The notes under the pieces: model-generated
Database searches by the model: none
Told to the model about the DNA's origin: nothing
The model's input: only the letters and a program-made list of their open reading frames with translations
Shown: in pieces, positions 47,648 through 57,838 of the stretch
Numbering within the stretch: the first letter of the stretch is position 1
Layout: each line of letters opens with the position of its first letter
Made by a program: the position numbers and the translations under genes
DNA from: Bacteroidales bacterium
Lineage (GTDB): Bacteria > Bacteroidota > Bacteroidia > Bacteroidales > UBA932
Direction: 5' to 3'
Assembly (NCBI GenBank): GCA_017627955.1
Contig: JAGAFU010000028.1
Coordinates: 13,808 to 77,807, forward strand
Length of the DNA stretch: 64,000 bases

Positions 47648-48973
47648 ATGAAAAGGATTTTGTTCTTCATTTTGACTCTTACTTGCATGCTTCAGGCGGG
47701 GGATGTCCTTGCCCAGAAGCGTCAGCATGGTGGCAAGAACAAGCTGGAGCCTTACGGCTTCTTCAGAACAGCCGCGATCTTCGACACGAGGGATTCGAAG
47801 GCAGGTTCTGAGGACATGTTTTACTTCATGCCTATCGACAGGTTTTATAATTACGAGGGACAGGATATTTATAAGAGCATGTCCCTGAAATCATACGCCA
47901 TCACCACCAGACTCGGAGTCAATGTTTCCGGTTATCAATATGGCTCCATGAAAGTAGCCGGCAAGTTGGAAGGGGACTTCTACCTGATGAACGGGACCAC
48001 GGCCTCTCTCCGCCTTCGCCATGCTTATGTGGACATATTCTGGGACAAGCTTGGACGCAAGAAGAACAGTTTCTCTTTCAGGGTCGGGCAGAGTTGGCAT
48101 CCTATGGCCGCCGACCAGCCTTATTGCGTCAATGTCGAGACAGGGGCTCCATTCACCCCGTTCAACTGGAGCCCTCAATTGACATTGGAATATTCCCTGG
48201 CAAGTCGTTTGCGGTTCACTGCCAGCGCCCTTTATCCCGTCCAGTTCCTTCCTACCGGGCCATTTGGTGAGAACGAGAACTACGTCCGGTACGGCCTTAT
48301 ACCGGAGCTTTACGGAGGAATATCTTATACCGGCAAGCATTTCACGGCCAGGGCCGGAACGGATTTCCTCAGTGTCAAGCCCAGGTGGCGCACTGTCACT
48401 CGTGATTTCGTGGCCGTGGATTGGTATGACATAGGCACTAAAGTCAAGGATCGCCTTTCCATGTTGAGCCCTTATGTCTACTTCCAGTTTGAGAAGGGCA
48501 TGTTCAAGGTCAATGCGAAATCCGTTTTTGCCCAAGGCGGGGATCATCTGCGTCTTATGGGCGGATATGCCATGTACGACTGGAGGGACATCTATGAGTA
48601 CAAGTACACTCCTTTGCGCTCCACCGTATCCTTCCTTTCATTCTCTGTCGGAAGGGAACTCCAATTCATGTGCATGGGTGGCTACATGAGGGCTCTCGGC
48701 ACGGCGCATAACCTTTCTATCGACAGTAATGGATATTGCCGCGCGTCAGACGTCTACTATTCATCTTTCGGGGACAAGGGTATCGCCCAGATGATACGCG
48801 CGACGCCTACGTTGGCTTACAATGCTGGGAAATTGACGGTCGCGCTCGAGTATAATTATTCCGCTGTCCAGTTTGGCACGAATAACATGCTTGACAACTA
48901 CGCCATTCCGAGGGAGAATCTCCATTGGATCGCCAACCACAGGGTGATGGGCGTGGTGCGATTCTCTCTGTAG
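47648..48973 (+). CDS. Second, paralogous DcaP-like porin
   Basis: Shares TTRLG, KLEGDF, LRLRHAY, GQSWHPMAAD, EHL/DHL and NLHWI.NHRV with the upstream gene. Confidence 0.7.
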   Translation: MKRILFFILTLTCMLQAGDVLAQKRQHGGKNKLEPYGFFRTAAIFDTRDSKAGSEDMFYFMPIDRFYNYEGQDIYKSMSLKSYAITTRLGVNVSGYQYGSMKVAGKLEGDFYLMNGTTASLRLRHAYVDIFWDKLGRKKNSFSFRVGQSWHPMAADQPYCVNVETGAPFTPFNWSPQLTLEYSLASRLRFTASALYPVQFLPTGPFGENENYVRYGLIPELYGGISYTGKHFTARAGTDFLSVKPRWRTVTRDFVAVDWYDIGTKVKDRLSMLSPYVYFQFEKGMFKVNAKSVFAQGGDHLRLMGGYAMYDWRDIYEYKYTPLRSTVSFLSFSVGRELQFMCMGGYMRALGTAHNLSIDSNGYCRASDVYYSSFGDKGIAQMIRATPTLAYNAGKLTVALEYNYSAVQFGTNNMLDNYAIPRENLHWIANHRVMGVVRFSL

Positions 48974-48995
48974 CGATATTTTATGACATATAACC

Positions 48996-51544
48996 ATGAG
49001 ACTGACACTGAAACTGATGGCAGCCGTCGCGGCTGTTATTTCCCTGTGTTTATCCGGAGGGTGCTCTTCGGACAGAATTGATGAGCTGTCTTTTGAGCAG
49101 TTTAATCTTGTGCGCCAGAAGAACGGACCGGATCTCGGGTATAGCCCGGAGTCCGGTGTCACTATCCTCAAGATCAGGGGAAAGGCATTCAAAGACCTTG
49201 ACCGGGACGGGACTTTGAGTCCTTATGAAGACTGGCGTATTTTTCCTGAAGAAAGGGCACGGGATCTGGCTGATCGCCTTTCTCTTGAAGAACTTGCCGG
49301 ATTGCTGCTGGTCAGCAACCATCAGTCTATACCCTCGCAAGGCCGTGGAGTGATGGCTCCTGAGATAGAGCTCACCGACGCCCAGAAGGATCTCATGCGC
49401 AAGCCCTCGTTCGTCCGTGCGCTCAGGAATTATTTCCAAGCGGCATGGGACGACGTGCCATATCCTGATCCCAAGAGTATCGACATGTCCGAACTGACTC
49501 CGGAAGAGAAGGTCTATCTTTCTGATTATAAGACAATAGTCGCTTTTGTGGCCTATATGATGGAGAGAACGAATTCTGTCCAGAGTTACAACGGGACCAC
49601 TTTCGCGGAAAGCGGAGCGAGATCCTGGGATCTTACCGATCAGCAGAAGAAGTTCCTAGGAGAAGATAAGTTGAGGGGAATCCTGATAACCTCTGTCGAA
49701 AGTCCTGAGGTGGCGGCCAAGTGGAACAACACCGTCCAGGCGTTTGTCGAAGGTTCCGGTCATGGGATTCCTGTCGGTATCCATTCCGATCCCCGCCATC
49801 AGGCACCCTCAGATGTGGAGTTCTACGCGGGCAGTGGAGGAACAATCTCCCGCTGGCCCTCATCTCTCGGGTTGGCGGCTTCTTTCGATCCGGATCTGAT
49901 GGAGCGTCATGGTCAGGTGGCTTCGATTGAATACAGGGCCCTGGGAATAACTACCGCCTTGAGCCCGCAGGTGGACATCGCGACAGAGCCGAGGTGGTGG
50001 AGATTTGACGGGACTTACGGCGAGGACCCCGACTTGTCAGCCGACATGGCGAGGGCTTATTGCGATGGATTCCAGACAAGTCCTGAGGATAAGAGAATCA
50101 GCGAGGCCTGGGGTACGAGAGCGTCAATGCCATGCTCAAGCACTGGTACGGATATGGAGCCCAGGAGGGCGGCCGCGACAGTCATTTCGCCAACGGGAAA
50201 TACGCTGTCTACCCGGGGAATAACCTTGAAGAGCATCTCAAGTCCTTCGTGGAAGGCGGTATGCGCCTGAAGAAGGGGACGGGCAGCGCCTCTGCAGTCA
50301 TGCCCACATATTCAATCCTTTGGAACCAGGATCCCAGCGGGGAGAATGTCGGCGGCGCTTTTTCCGAGTGGTGCATAAAGAAGAAATTGAGGGAAGACTC
50401 CAATTTCGACGGAGTGGTTTGTACGGATTGGGGCATTACTCTTGACAATACAGCGGTGGATTACACCGGCGGCGGGGAGCCTTGGGGAGTAGAGACCCTG
50501 AGTGTCCCGGAGCGCCACTACAAGATCTTCCGCGCCGACGTGGACCAGATCGGCGGATCCAATATCGCAGCCCCGGTCCTTGAGGCTTACAACATGTGGG
50601 TCAAGGACTTCGGGGAGGAAAGCGCCAGTGAGCGTTTCCGGATGAGCGCCTACAGGATCCTGCTGAACATGTTCCGGATCGGGTTATTCGAGAATCCTTA
50701 TCTTGATCCGGCCAAGACGAAAGAGATCGTCGGCAATCCGGATTTCATGAAGGAGGGATATGAGGCCCAGCTCCGTTCCTTGGTCCTGGTCAAGAATGAA
50801 GGTAACAAGGTCCTTCCTCAGTCCGGACGCAAGAAAGTCTACTTCCCCAAGAGGCATTTCCCGGCCATTCCGGGGCTCTGGGGAGGAATGTCCGAGGACC
50901 ATTACGACTATCCTTTCAGTCTGGATCTGGTGAGCAAATATTACGATGTCGTCCAGACGCCTGCCGAGGCTGATTTCGCCCTGGTGGGAATATTCAATCC
51001 CGCTATAAGCGTGGGTTGGGACATAAATGATATCAAGAAAGGAGGTAACGGATATATTCCGATAAGCCTTCAGTATGAGCCTTACACCGCCACTCTGGCG
51101 AGGGAGGTGAGTATCGCGGGCGGCCATCATACGGAATCATTCACCAACCGTTCCTACAAAGGCAAGACAGTGCGGACCAGGAACTATGACGATCTGCTTC
51201 TTGTCAAGGAGACCAAGCGTGCTATGGGTGACAAACCTGTGGTTGTGGTAATATGTGTGGACAAGCCGTTCGTGCCGCAGTTTGAGCCTTATGCCGACGC
51301 GGTCCTTATCTCATTCAATGTCCAGCATCAGGCGGCGCTTGACCTCATCAGCGGCAATGCCGAACCCTCAGGCCTTCTTCCCATGCAGCTTCCTGCCAAT
51401 ATGGAAACCGTTGAAACCCAGAAGGAAGACGTTCCCCGTGACATGGAATGCTACAAAGATTCCGAAGGCAACGTGTATGACTTCGCCTTCGGAATGAACT
51501 GGAACGGGGTCATCAATGATGACCGGGTCAAAAAGTACAAGTAG
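48996..51544 (+). pseudogene. GH3 beta-glucosidase-like lipoprotein split by a single-base frameshift near 50110-50113 (pseudogene, slippage variant or assembly error)
   Basis: The first part (48996 frame) has FKDLDRDGTLSPYEDWR, SDPRH and ALSPQVDIATEPRW. One extra base in GGGG restores WG-YESVNAMLKHW, which continues into VCTDWG (nucleophile) and EPSGLLPMQLP. Confidence 0.85.
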
Positions 51545-51556
51545 TCAACCCGCCCG

Positions 51557-52789
51557 CTATTTAAGGAAGCGGTCCGCGAAACTGACGAACTGTTGCCAAT
51601 CGTAGAGACGTACGTTATGCTCTCCGCGGCGGATGTGATGTCCCATCCTGCCGACTACGATGGGCTGCTCGATCCCGGGAACTTTCCTGTCAGTTATCCC
51701 TTCGAATCCGAACAGGTTGTAGACTGAAGTCGCTCCGACCAGGCTGAAATATTCCCCGACAGGGTCCGCCCAATCGTCCTCGCTGGCGCTTGCCACGTAG
51801 ACCGGACGGGGAGCTATCATCGCGATGAGCTCGTGCTGGTCCCAAGGCATCTTCTCCTCACGGCCATTGTAGGCTTTGTAATTTTCGCAGAACCAGTGGG
51901 GGAAGTTCCGGTTGATCAATTCCAGTGTCTCTCCGTGTTTTCTTCGAGCGATAGCCGCTCCGGAACATCCTGAATCATTGGATATTACCAAGGCGAATCT
52001 TTGGTCGGTGGCCCCTGCCCAGAGGGCTGTCTTTCCTAGCCTCGAGTGGCCCAGGAGCGCAACCCTCTTCGCGTCGATCTCCTTGACGGTCTCAAGATAG
52101 TCCATGCATCTTGAAAGCCCCCATGCCCATGCGGAAATAGTTCCCCAGGACTCTCCATTACGGGGTTTGTCTCCGTCCATCAATTGATGGACTCCGTTGT
52201 GGAAACCGTCATGGAAGTCCGGATCGACATCGTTATAGCAGAAAGTGGCGACCGCGTAGCCGTGGCTCAGGATGTATTCATACTCCCAGCGGTGTCCGTT
52301 GGCGTTCCTTGGTTCTACCGCATATCCCGGGGCGAATGTGGCGATCTTGTCCTCCGTGGGCATGAGGACAGCGGGATCCGTAGTTGTGGCATGGTTGCCT
52401 TTGAAATTCGCGCCGAGGAATGTCGGGACGGGCCCTTTCCGATCGTTGGGAATATACATAAGGAGGGTGAGGTAGTACTTTTCCTCTTTGTCGAAACAGA
52501 GCTTGACCTGCTTCCTTGTCGCGAGACCTCCGAAAGCGTCCGGGCTCTCCTCCAGAACCTTGGCATGGAGATCAGGAGCCTTCCCGGGTTCCCTGCCGAA
52601 CATCTGAGAGCGCAGCATTTCCATGAGCTCTGGCCTGCGCTCCTTTATCCATTGGCGCTTTGTTCGGACGGTCCTGCCATCTTCCATCTTAAGCGGATCC
52701 GGAAGTTCGTAAGGATTATCCTGGGCATTAGCTGAATATGATAAGACCATCATGATAAGGGTTACGGTTGTAATAGTTAAATGTCCCAT
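51557..52789 (-). CDS. Carbohydrate esterase family 15 (glucuronoyl esterase-like), secreted
   Basis: Catalytic GHSRLGKTA; AWAWGLSR; DSGCSGAA; DQHELIAMIAPRP; EDDWADP; GEHNV. Confidence 0.85.
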   Translation of the reverse strand: MGHLTITTVTLIMMVLSYSANAQDNPYELPDPLKMEDGRTVRTKRQWIKERRPELMEMLRSQMFGREPGKAPDLHAKVLEESPDAFGGLATRKQVKLCFDKEEKYYLTLLMYIPNDRKGPVPTFLGANFKGNHATTTDPAVLMPTEDKIATFAPGYAVEPRNANGHRWEYEYILSHGYAVATFCYNDVDPDFHDGFHNGVHQLMDGDKPRNGESWGTISAWAWGLSRCMDYLETVKEIDAKRVALLGHSRLGKTALWAGATDQRFALVISNDSGCSGAAIARRKHGETLELINRNFPHWFCENYKAYNGREEKMPWDQHELIAMIAPRPVYVASASEDDWADPVGEYFSLVGATSVYNLFGFEGITDRKVPGIEQPIVVGRMGHHIRRGEHNVRLYDWQQFVSFADRFLK

Positions 52790-52806
52790 ATGATTAGGAA
52801 TAATGA

Positions 52807-54123
52807 TTATTTGTATAGAATGGAAACCCCATCTGGAATGTCAGTCTTCGCCCTTGAAGCTATGCTCTTTGGGACCAATACGAACTTGAACATTCCGGAA
52901 CCGTATCTATCAGGATAGACCGTGACACTCTCGAGCTGGGGGCTTTGGCTGAAATCCAGGCCTCGTATCCCGTCTATGAACTGGAAATCGACACTCCTCA
53001 GATTAGGAAGCGGCTCCAATGACATGCCTTCCTCAAAAGTCGCGAGTTGGACTTTCAGGTTTTTAATATTGTCGCAACCTTCAACGACCAGATGCTTAAG
53101 TGTGGAACAATTCGCTCCGAAATAACCGTTCACAAGGATAAGATCCTCAAGGCTGGGATTGTCGCGGATAATGGCCCGTTCCAATTTCTCCCCATCGTTG
53201 AAATCAACTGATCGCAACGATGGGCAGCCTGTCACTTCTATCGAAGTGATGCTGGAAGGAAGCCATGGCCCCAATTCGATCCTTTCGATAGAAGGATGGT
53301 CAGTCAGTTTCAAATCCAAGTTTGAATAATGGACATACTCCTGAAGGATCCTCAGTACTTCCATGTTTGGGATACACCCGAATCCATCCAAAATGGTTAT
53401 GGGCCTCTCATAATACTCCAATTCAATCGTGACTGTCCTGACGGATTCGAGATCCTGCTTGGAAAGGTTCCCGTCCATATTCCGGTCATAATGCTCCAGC
53501 ATGTATCTATAAAAGGATGGATCGCTGAAACCGTCACCTTGGATGATCTGTATGTTTACCGGATTACCGTCAGGAGCCGAGAGGCGCAAATTGCCTGTTC
53601 TGTTGAGAAGAGAGTCATACCTTTCTATTGACAGTTCGATCTTGTCAGAGCCGATCCTTTCCAAGGATATCCAATTATCATCGATATTGACAACTGGAGG
53701 CCCGCATCTGAAAGGGATCTCAAGATGTGTGGTCTCTCCGCTTATCCTGTAGGTGTCTTTATCTAGTACGACTCCATCCCCACTGTGATTTTGGAAGACT
53801 TGGATAGAGGCTCTTTCGCCAACGTCCGATACAAACTCTACCAAACAACCGCGCTCGAGACCGTTGTTCTCATCAAGTGTCAAAGTGAGATCTGTGCCGA
53901 TGGAAGACGTGGCACTTCCGGAGGAAGGGACTATCCTGCACCAGGATTCCGAACTTGTCGCTCTCCAGGATACGGGAGAGGAGATAGTAACAATGACATT
54001 ATTCCCGGAGGAAACAGTCTCAACCGCTACGGGATCCACGGTAAACGGTATCGTGGGATCTTTCTCCGAGCAGGAGATCAGGACGGATATCAAAACCGCC
54101 AGGATAACGCTTCTCTTAGTCAT
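52807..54123 (-). CDS. Lipoprotein with BACON-like domain(s) and a divergent LRR region
   Basis: Lipobox LISC; WRATSSESWC...ENNGLERG and DDNWISL...NRTG BACON-like motifs; D.N.DG.LS motif followed by LRR-like L..L....CPSL repeats. ATG at 54123. Confidence 0.65.
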   Translation of the reverse strand: MTKRSVILAVLISVLISCSEKDPTIPFTVDPVAVETVSSGNNVIVTISSPVSWRATSSESWCRIVPSSGSATSSIGTDLTLTLDENNGLERGCLVEFVSDVGERASIQVFQNHSGDGVVLDKDTYRISGETTHLEIPFRCGPPVVNIDDNWISLERIGSDKIELSIERYDSLLNRTGNLRLSAPDGNPVNIQIIQGDGFSDPSFYRYMLEHYDRNMDGNLSKQDLESVRTVTIELEYYERPITILDGFGCIPNMEVLRILQEYVHYSNLDLKLTDHPSIERIELGPWLPSSITSIEVTGCPSLRSVDFNDGEKLERAIIRDNPSLEDLILVNGYFGANCSTLKHLVVEGCDNIKNLKVQLATFEEGMSLEPLPNLRSVDFQFIDGIRGLDFSQSPQLESVTVYPDRYGSGMFKFVLVPKSIASRAKTDIPDGVSILYK

Positions 54124-55147
54124 TCTTGATTCCATGCCATGAAAAAGCCAAACCGATCGATGCATTCAGAGAGGGAATCAGGATACCTTTGGAAGGACTG
54201 TATACCTGGTCGGCATATATTCTTGCTTGAAGGACAGTCCGGGTGTATAATCCACTCAGAGCGAATGAATACCTGTCCCTTAGTGTATAATCAAGCCGTA
54301 CTCCCTCTATGACCGACATTCCTTGTACCGGGTCAGGCTTGAAGAAGATGCTTTTGCTGCCAAGGCGTCCGAACACGGACAGGCGGGTGTCATCCTGTTT
54401 GAGGAAGATATATCCAGGGCCGATACTCCAGCCGAAGCTGTCCAAGAACTGTCCTTTGCTTCCGGAACCGCTTATGCCCGGAATGTCTCCTTTATATGTT
54501 CCACGTCCGAAAACGACTCCGGCGTCAAAATAAAACCTGTCGTAGATTATCTCCAGATCCGTCCCTGCTGAAATGAAAAGGGATCCAAGGCGCGCCATGT
54601 CTCCGGTAGGTACCGATCCGCCAAGATTCAACGAGACGCCAACACCAAATTTTGAGGGTGAACATGGAAAAGCTGTTATGTCAAAAGAATCCTTCCCGGG
54701 GGGGATGACCGTAAAGCCTTCATCGCCGGACAGCCGTTCCCCGTCTTCACGGATTCTCTGGGCAGCCCACTTGGTCAGTTCCTTCGGTGATAACCGAGAA
54801 GTCAGAAGGCTGTCACGCAAAGCCCTTCCGATCCATTCTGCCTGGTTGAAAAAGTCTTGTTGCTTTCGGAGATTCTCGTCCGTGATGCGGGACTTCCCGA
54901 CAAAGGAGTTAGCGGGAACTGCAATAGTCCTTATTTCAAGGTATTTATAGGTGGTTTTCCCTGACTTTACAACAGAATAATCCCTGACCCATGATACCGA
55001 AAGATTCGGTTTGGCGTCCAAGGAGTCCGACAAGGTAAAATCCTTCCATGTCAGCGGGCCATCCGACCAGTATCTATAGTGGTCCTGCCCAAAACAAGGA
55101 ATACAAGCCAAGAGGCCTGTCAATATGAGTAATAACGCGTTTCTCAT
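54116..55147 (-). CDS. Hypothetical exported protein: DUF922-like N-terminal region and a probable outer-membrane beta-barrel C-terminus
   Basis: YWSDGPLTWKDF motif; C-terminal alternating strands ending NASIGLAFSW; coupled to both neighbours. Confidence 0.5.
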   Translation of the reverse strand: MRNALLLILTGLLACIPCFGQDHYRYWSDGPLTWKDFTLSDSLDAKPNLSVSWVRDYSVVKSGKTTYKYLEIRTIAVPANSFVGKSRITDENLRKQQDFFNQAEWIGRALRDSLLTSRLSPKELTKWAAQRIREDGERLSGDEGFTVIPPGKDSFDITAFPCSPSKFGVGVSLNLGGSVPTGDMARLGSLFISAGTDLEIIYDRFYFDAGVVFGRGTYKGDIPGISGSGSKGQFLDSFGWSIGPGYIFLKQDDTRLSVFGRLGSKSIFFKPDPVQGMSVIEGVRLDYTLRDRYSFALSGLYTRTVLQARIYADQVYSPSKGILIPSLNASIGLAFSWHGIKND

Positions 55148-55623
55148 CTTGCCTCCTTTTCCCAGACATATTTGAAGTGAATATTCCTTTCCATGAATCG
55201 CCCATGTTCGAACATTTCGACCGCATCGCAGGCTGAAATCGTGACTGTGCCACCCTTGAGGGATGCTTCAGTGATCCTCTTAGGGACTGCTCCGCTGCTG
55301 AAATCAAACTCATAGATTCCCAGCGCGGTATTCCAGTTCAGCGGGATGATGCAGCGGCGGTAGTCGATATTACCTTCAAAATCCATTTCTGGAAAAGTGG
55401 AATCGAAGAACCATCGGCCGTCTGATTGGTAGATCTCGGCGGACAGGATTTCAGAAGGTGACAAGCTGGAGGTGGGAATATCCTCATTCTCCCACACGAA
55501 AGATGACAGCGAGTAATTCCCCTTGATAAGCTCCATGTGATCTTCTCTCATGCGTTCAGCCACGCACCCATTGACGAGTACATGAAAGGCAAGAGCCACG
55601 AAGAGATATGCTATTTCCCTCAT
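55144..55623 (-). CDS. Hypothetical lipoprotein, possibly lipocalin-like
   Basis: Hydrophobic leader with VNGC lipobox; LIKGNYSLSS resembles a lipocalin first strand; 4-bp overlap with the next gene. Confidence 0.45.
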   Translation of the reverse strand: MREIAYLFVALAFHVLVNGCVAERMREDHMELIKGNYSLSSFVWENEDIPTSSLSPSEILSAEIYQSDGRWFFDSTFPEMDFEGNIDYRRCIIPLNWNTALGIYEFDFSSGAVPKRITEASLKGGTVTISACDAVEMFEHGRFMERNIHFKYVWEKEAR

Positions 55624-55636
55624 TTCTGTTTAGTCG

Positions 55637-57220
55637 TTACTCCCATTCTATCGTTGCCGGTGGTTTGGAGGAAATGTCATAGACTACGCGGTTGACCCCC
55701 TTGACCTTGTTGATGATCTCGTTGGAGATGTCGGCAAGGAAATCGTACGGGAAGTGGAACCAGTCCGCTGTCATGGCGTCGGTGGACACCACGGCTCGCA
55801 GGGCCACCGGATTCTCGTAAGTCCTCTCGTCACCCATCACGCCTACGCTCTTGATGGGCAGGAGGATCACCCCAGCCTGCCAGATGGCATCATAAAGATT
55901 ATGCGCCTCGGCCCTTGGATCGGAGGCGGAAGGCAGGTGAAGGGAGGAGCAGTCGTAATTTCTGAGTCCTTTTATGAATATGTCGTCGGCCTCCCTGAGA
56001 ACGTCCAGTTTCTCTTTCGTGATGTCTCCGACAATCCTTACCGCAAGTGACGGCCCTGGGAAAGGATGCCTTCCGACAAGCTCCTCTTTTATGCCGAGAG
56101 CCCTTCCGACACGCCTGACCTCATCCTTGAAGAGCATCTTGAGCGGCTCGACTATCTTCAGATTCATTTTCTCCGGAAGTCCTCCGACATTGTGGTGGGA
56201 TTTGATCTTCGAGGCGATGCCCTCGATCCCGGCGGATTCGATCACATCAGGGTAGATGGTGCCTTGCGCGAGATAGCTGGCACCTTCAATCCGGCTGGCG
56301 TATTTGCCGAAGGTCTCCACGAAGAGTCTTCCGATTATCTTCCTCTTGGCCTCAGGCTCGCTGACACCAGCGAGTTCCCGAAGAAAATCATCCGAGGCGT
56401 CGGCCCCGATGACGTTCAGATTCATGTCCCGATATGAAGCCAGCACGTCCTCATATTCATTTTTCCTCAAAAGCCCGTTGTTGACGAATATGCAAGTGAG
56501 GTTGTGGCCGATCGCCTTGTTGAGGAGCACTCCGGCCACTGTCGAATCCACCCCGCCGCTCAGGCCAAGGATCACCTTGCTGTCTCCGATCTGTTCCTTA
56601 AGGGCAGCCACGGTGGTCTCGATGAAGGAGGCCGGAGTCCAATCGCCCTTGCAGCCGCAGATCCCGAACGCGAAATTGGCGAGAATCGTCGAGCCTTCTG
56701 TTGTGTGGAATACCTCCGGATGGAACTGCACCGCGTAAGTCTTCTCGCCTTCGATCGAGTAGGCCGCGTTGGTGACGTTTTCTGTCGACGCGATGACCCT
56801 TCCGCCAACTGGAAGGGCGGAAATAGTGTCCCCATGCGACATCCAGACCTGCGAGCGGGAGGGAAGGCCTTTGAGCAGAAGCGATTCAGAATCAACCACA
56901 TCAAGCATAGCCCTTCCATATTCCCTCGCTAGCGATCCCTCCACCTTGCCGCCGAACTTATGGGCGAGATACTGGGCTCCGTAGCATATTCCGAGCAGTG
57001 GGAATTTCCCCTTGATGCCGCTCAGATCAATCTGTGGCGCGTTCACGTCCCTGACCGAGCAAGGACTGCCGGAGAGGATCACGCCTTTGACGGAGTCATC
57101 CAGAGCCGGAACTTTATTGAAAGGGAATATCTCGCAGTATACGTTCAGCTCCCGCAGGCGGCGGCCTATGAGTTGGGTGACTTGAGAGCCGAAATCGAGG
57201 ATGATGATCTTTTCTGTCAT
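55637..57220 (-). CDS. guaA: GMP synthase (glutamine-hydrolysing)
   Basis: [43 protein letters not shown] and KPPATIEWE motifs. Confidence 0.97.
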   Translation of the reverse strand: MTEKIIILDFGSQVTQLIGRRLRELNVYCEIFPFNKVPALDDSVKGVILSGSPCSVRDVNAPQIDLSGIKGKFPLLGICYGAQYLAHKFGGKVEGSLAREYGRAMLDVVDSESLLLKGLPSRSQVWMSHGDTISALPVGGRVIASTENVTNAAYSIEGEKTYAVQFHPEVFHTTEGSTILANFAFGICGCKGDWTPASFIETTVAALKEQIGDSKVILGLSGGVDSTVAGVLLNKAIGHNLTCIFVNNGLLRKNEYEDVLASYRDMNLNVIGADASDDFLRELAGVSEPEAKRKIIGRLFVETFGKYASRIEGASYLAQGTIYPDVIESAGIEGIASKIKSHHNVGGLPEKMNLKIVEPLKMLFKDEVRRVGRALGIKEELVGRHPFPGPSLAVRIVGDITKEKLDVLREADDIFIKGLRNYDCSSLHLPSASDPRAEAHNLYDAIWQAGVILLPIKSVGVMGDERTYENPVALRAVVSTDAMTADWFHFPYDFLADISNEIINKVKGVNRVVYDISSKPPATIEWE

Positions 57221-57283
57221 GTTGATAGTTCGTTTCCTTCACAAATTTAGCATAAAAACACGATACAGAAAATATATATCCAA

Positions 57284-57343
57284 AATGAATAATAATTGAA
57301 AAAATATACATATATTTGCATACGTTTTGAATAAAAATTAAAA
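57284..57343 (+). promoter_or_regulatory. Three tandem ARG boxes overlapping the arg operon promoter
   Basis: AATGAATAATAATTGAAA (57284-57301), TATACATATATTTGCATA (57305-57322) and TTTGAATAAAAATTAAAA (57326-57343), each separated by 3 bp. The -7 element TATATTTG (57311-57318) lies inside box 2. Confidence 0.7.
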
Positions 57344-57820
57344 GTGAAAGGTAAGCTGGAAAGACATCGGATCATCAAGGAAGTGGTTGGCAACGGAAAG
57401 GTCGCTAGCCAGGAGGAACTTGCGGAAATACTTGAAAATAAGGGAATAGTGGTCGCGCAGGCTACTCTTTCAAGGGACATCCGTGACCTTGGGATCACAA
57501 AGCTCCACGATGGGGAAGGGTACTATTATAGCCTGCCGGGAGGGTATTCTCCTCGCCTGGTCTCGATCGAGACCGTCAGCTCGTCATCAAGTATAAAAAG
57601 TGTCGAGTTCACCGGGCATCTCGCGGTCTTGAAGACCATGCCTGGGCATGCCAACATGGTTGCCTCAATCATAGATGCCGCATCTCTGAGCGAGGTCGCG
57701 GGCACTATAGCCGGTGATGACACTATCTTCCTCGCGATCAGGGAAGACGCCAGCCGCGATTCTCTCGCCGGAGCCCTTGGCGCCCTTTTCCGCGGTCTTG
57801 AGCACAAAAGAGTGAACTAA
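57344..57820 (+). CDS. argR: Arginine repressor
   Basis: SQEEL, QATLSRDI, KTMPGHA and GTIAGDDTI motifs. Confidence 0.95.
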   Translation: MKGKLERHRIIKEVVGNGKVASQEELAEILENKGIVVAQATLSRDIRDLGITKLHDGEGYYYSLPGGYSPRLVSIETVSSSSSIKSVEFTGHLAVLKTMPGHANMVASIIDAASLSEVAGTIAGDDTIFLAIREDASRDSLAGALGALFRGLEHKRVN

Positions 57821-57838
57821 TATTAAAAGACTATACAG

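Noticed and set aside
55895-55970. Extra residues in GuaA ([21 protein letters not shown]) as another repeat-derived insertion
   Set aside because: Only a 6-bp stem (CGCCTC/GAGGCG) and no match to families A-D; from recall, this loop varies in length among Bacteroidales GuaA.
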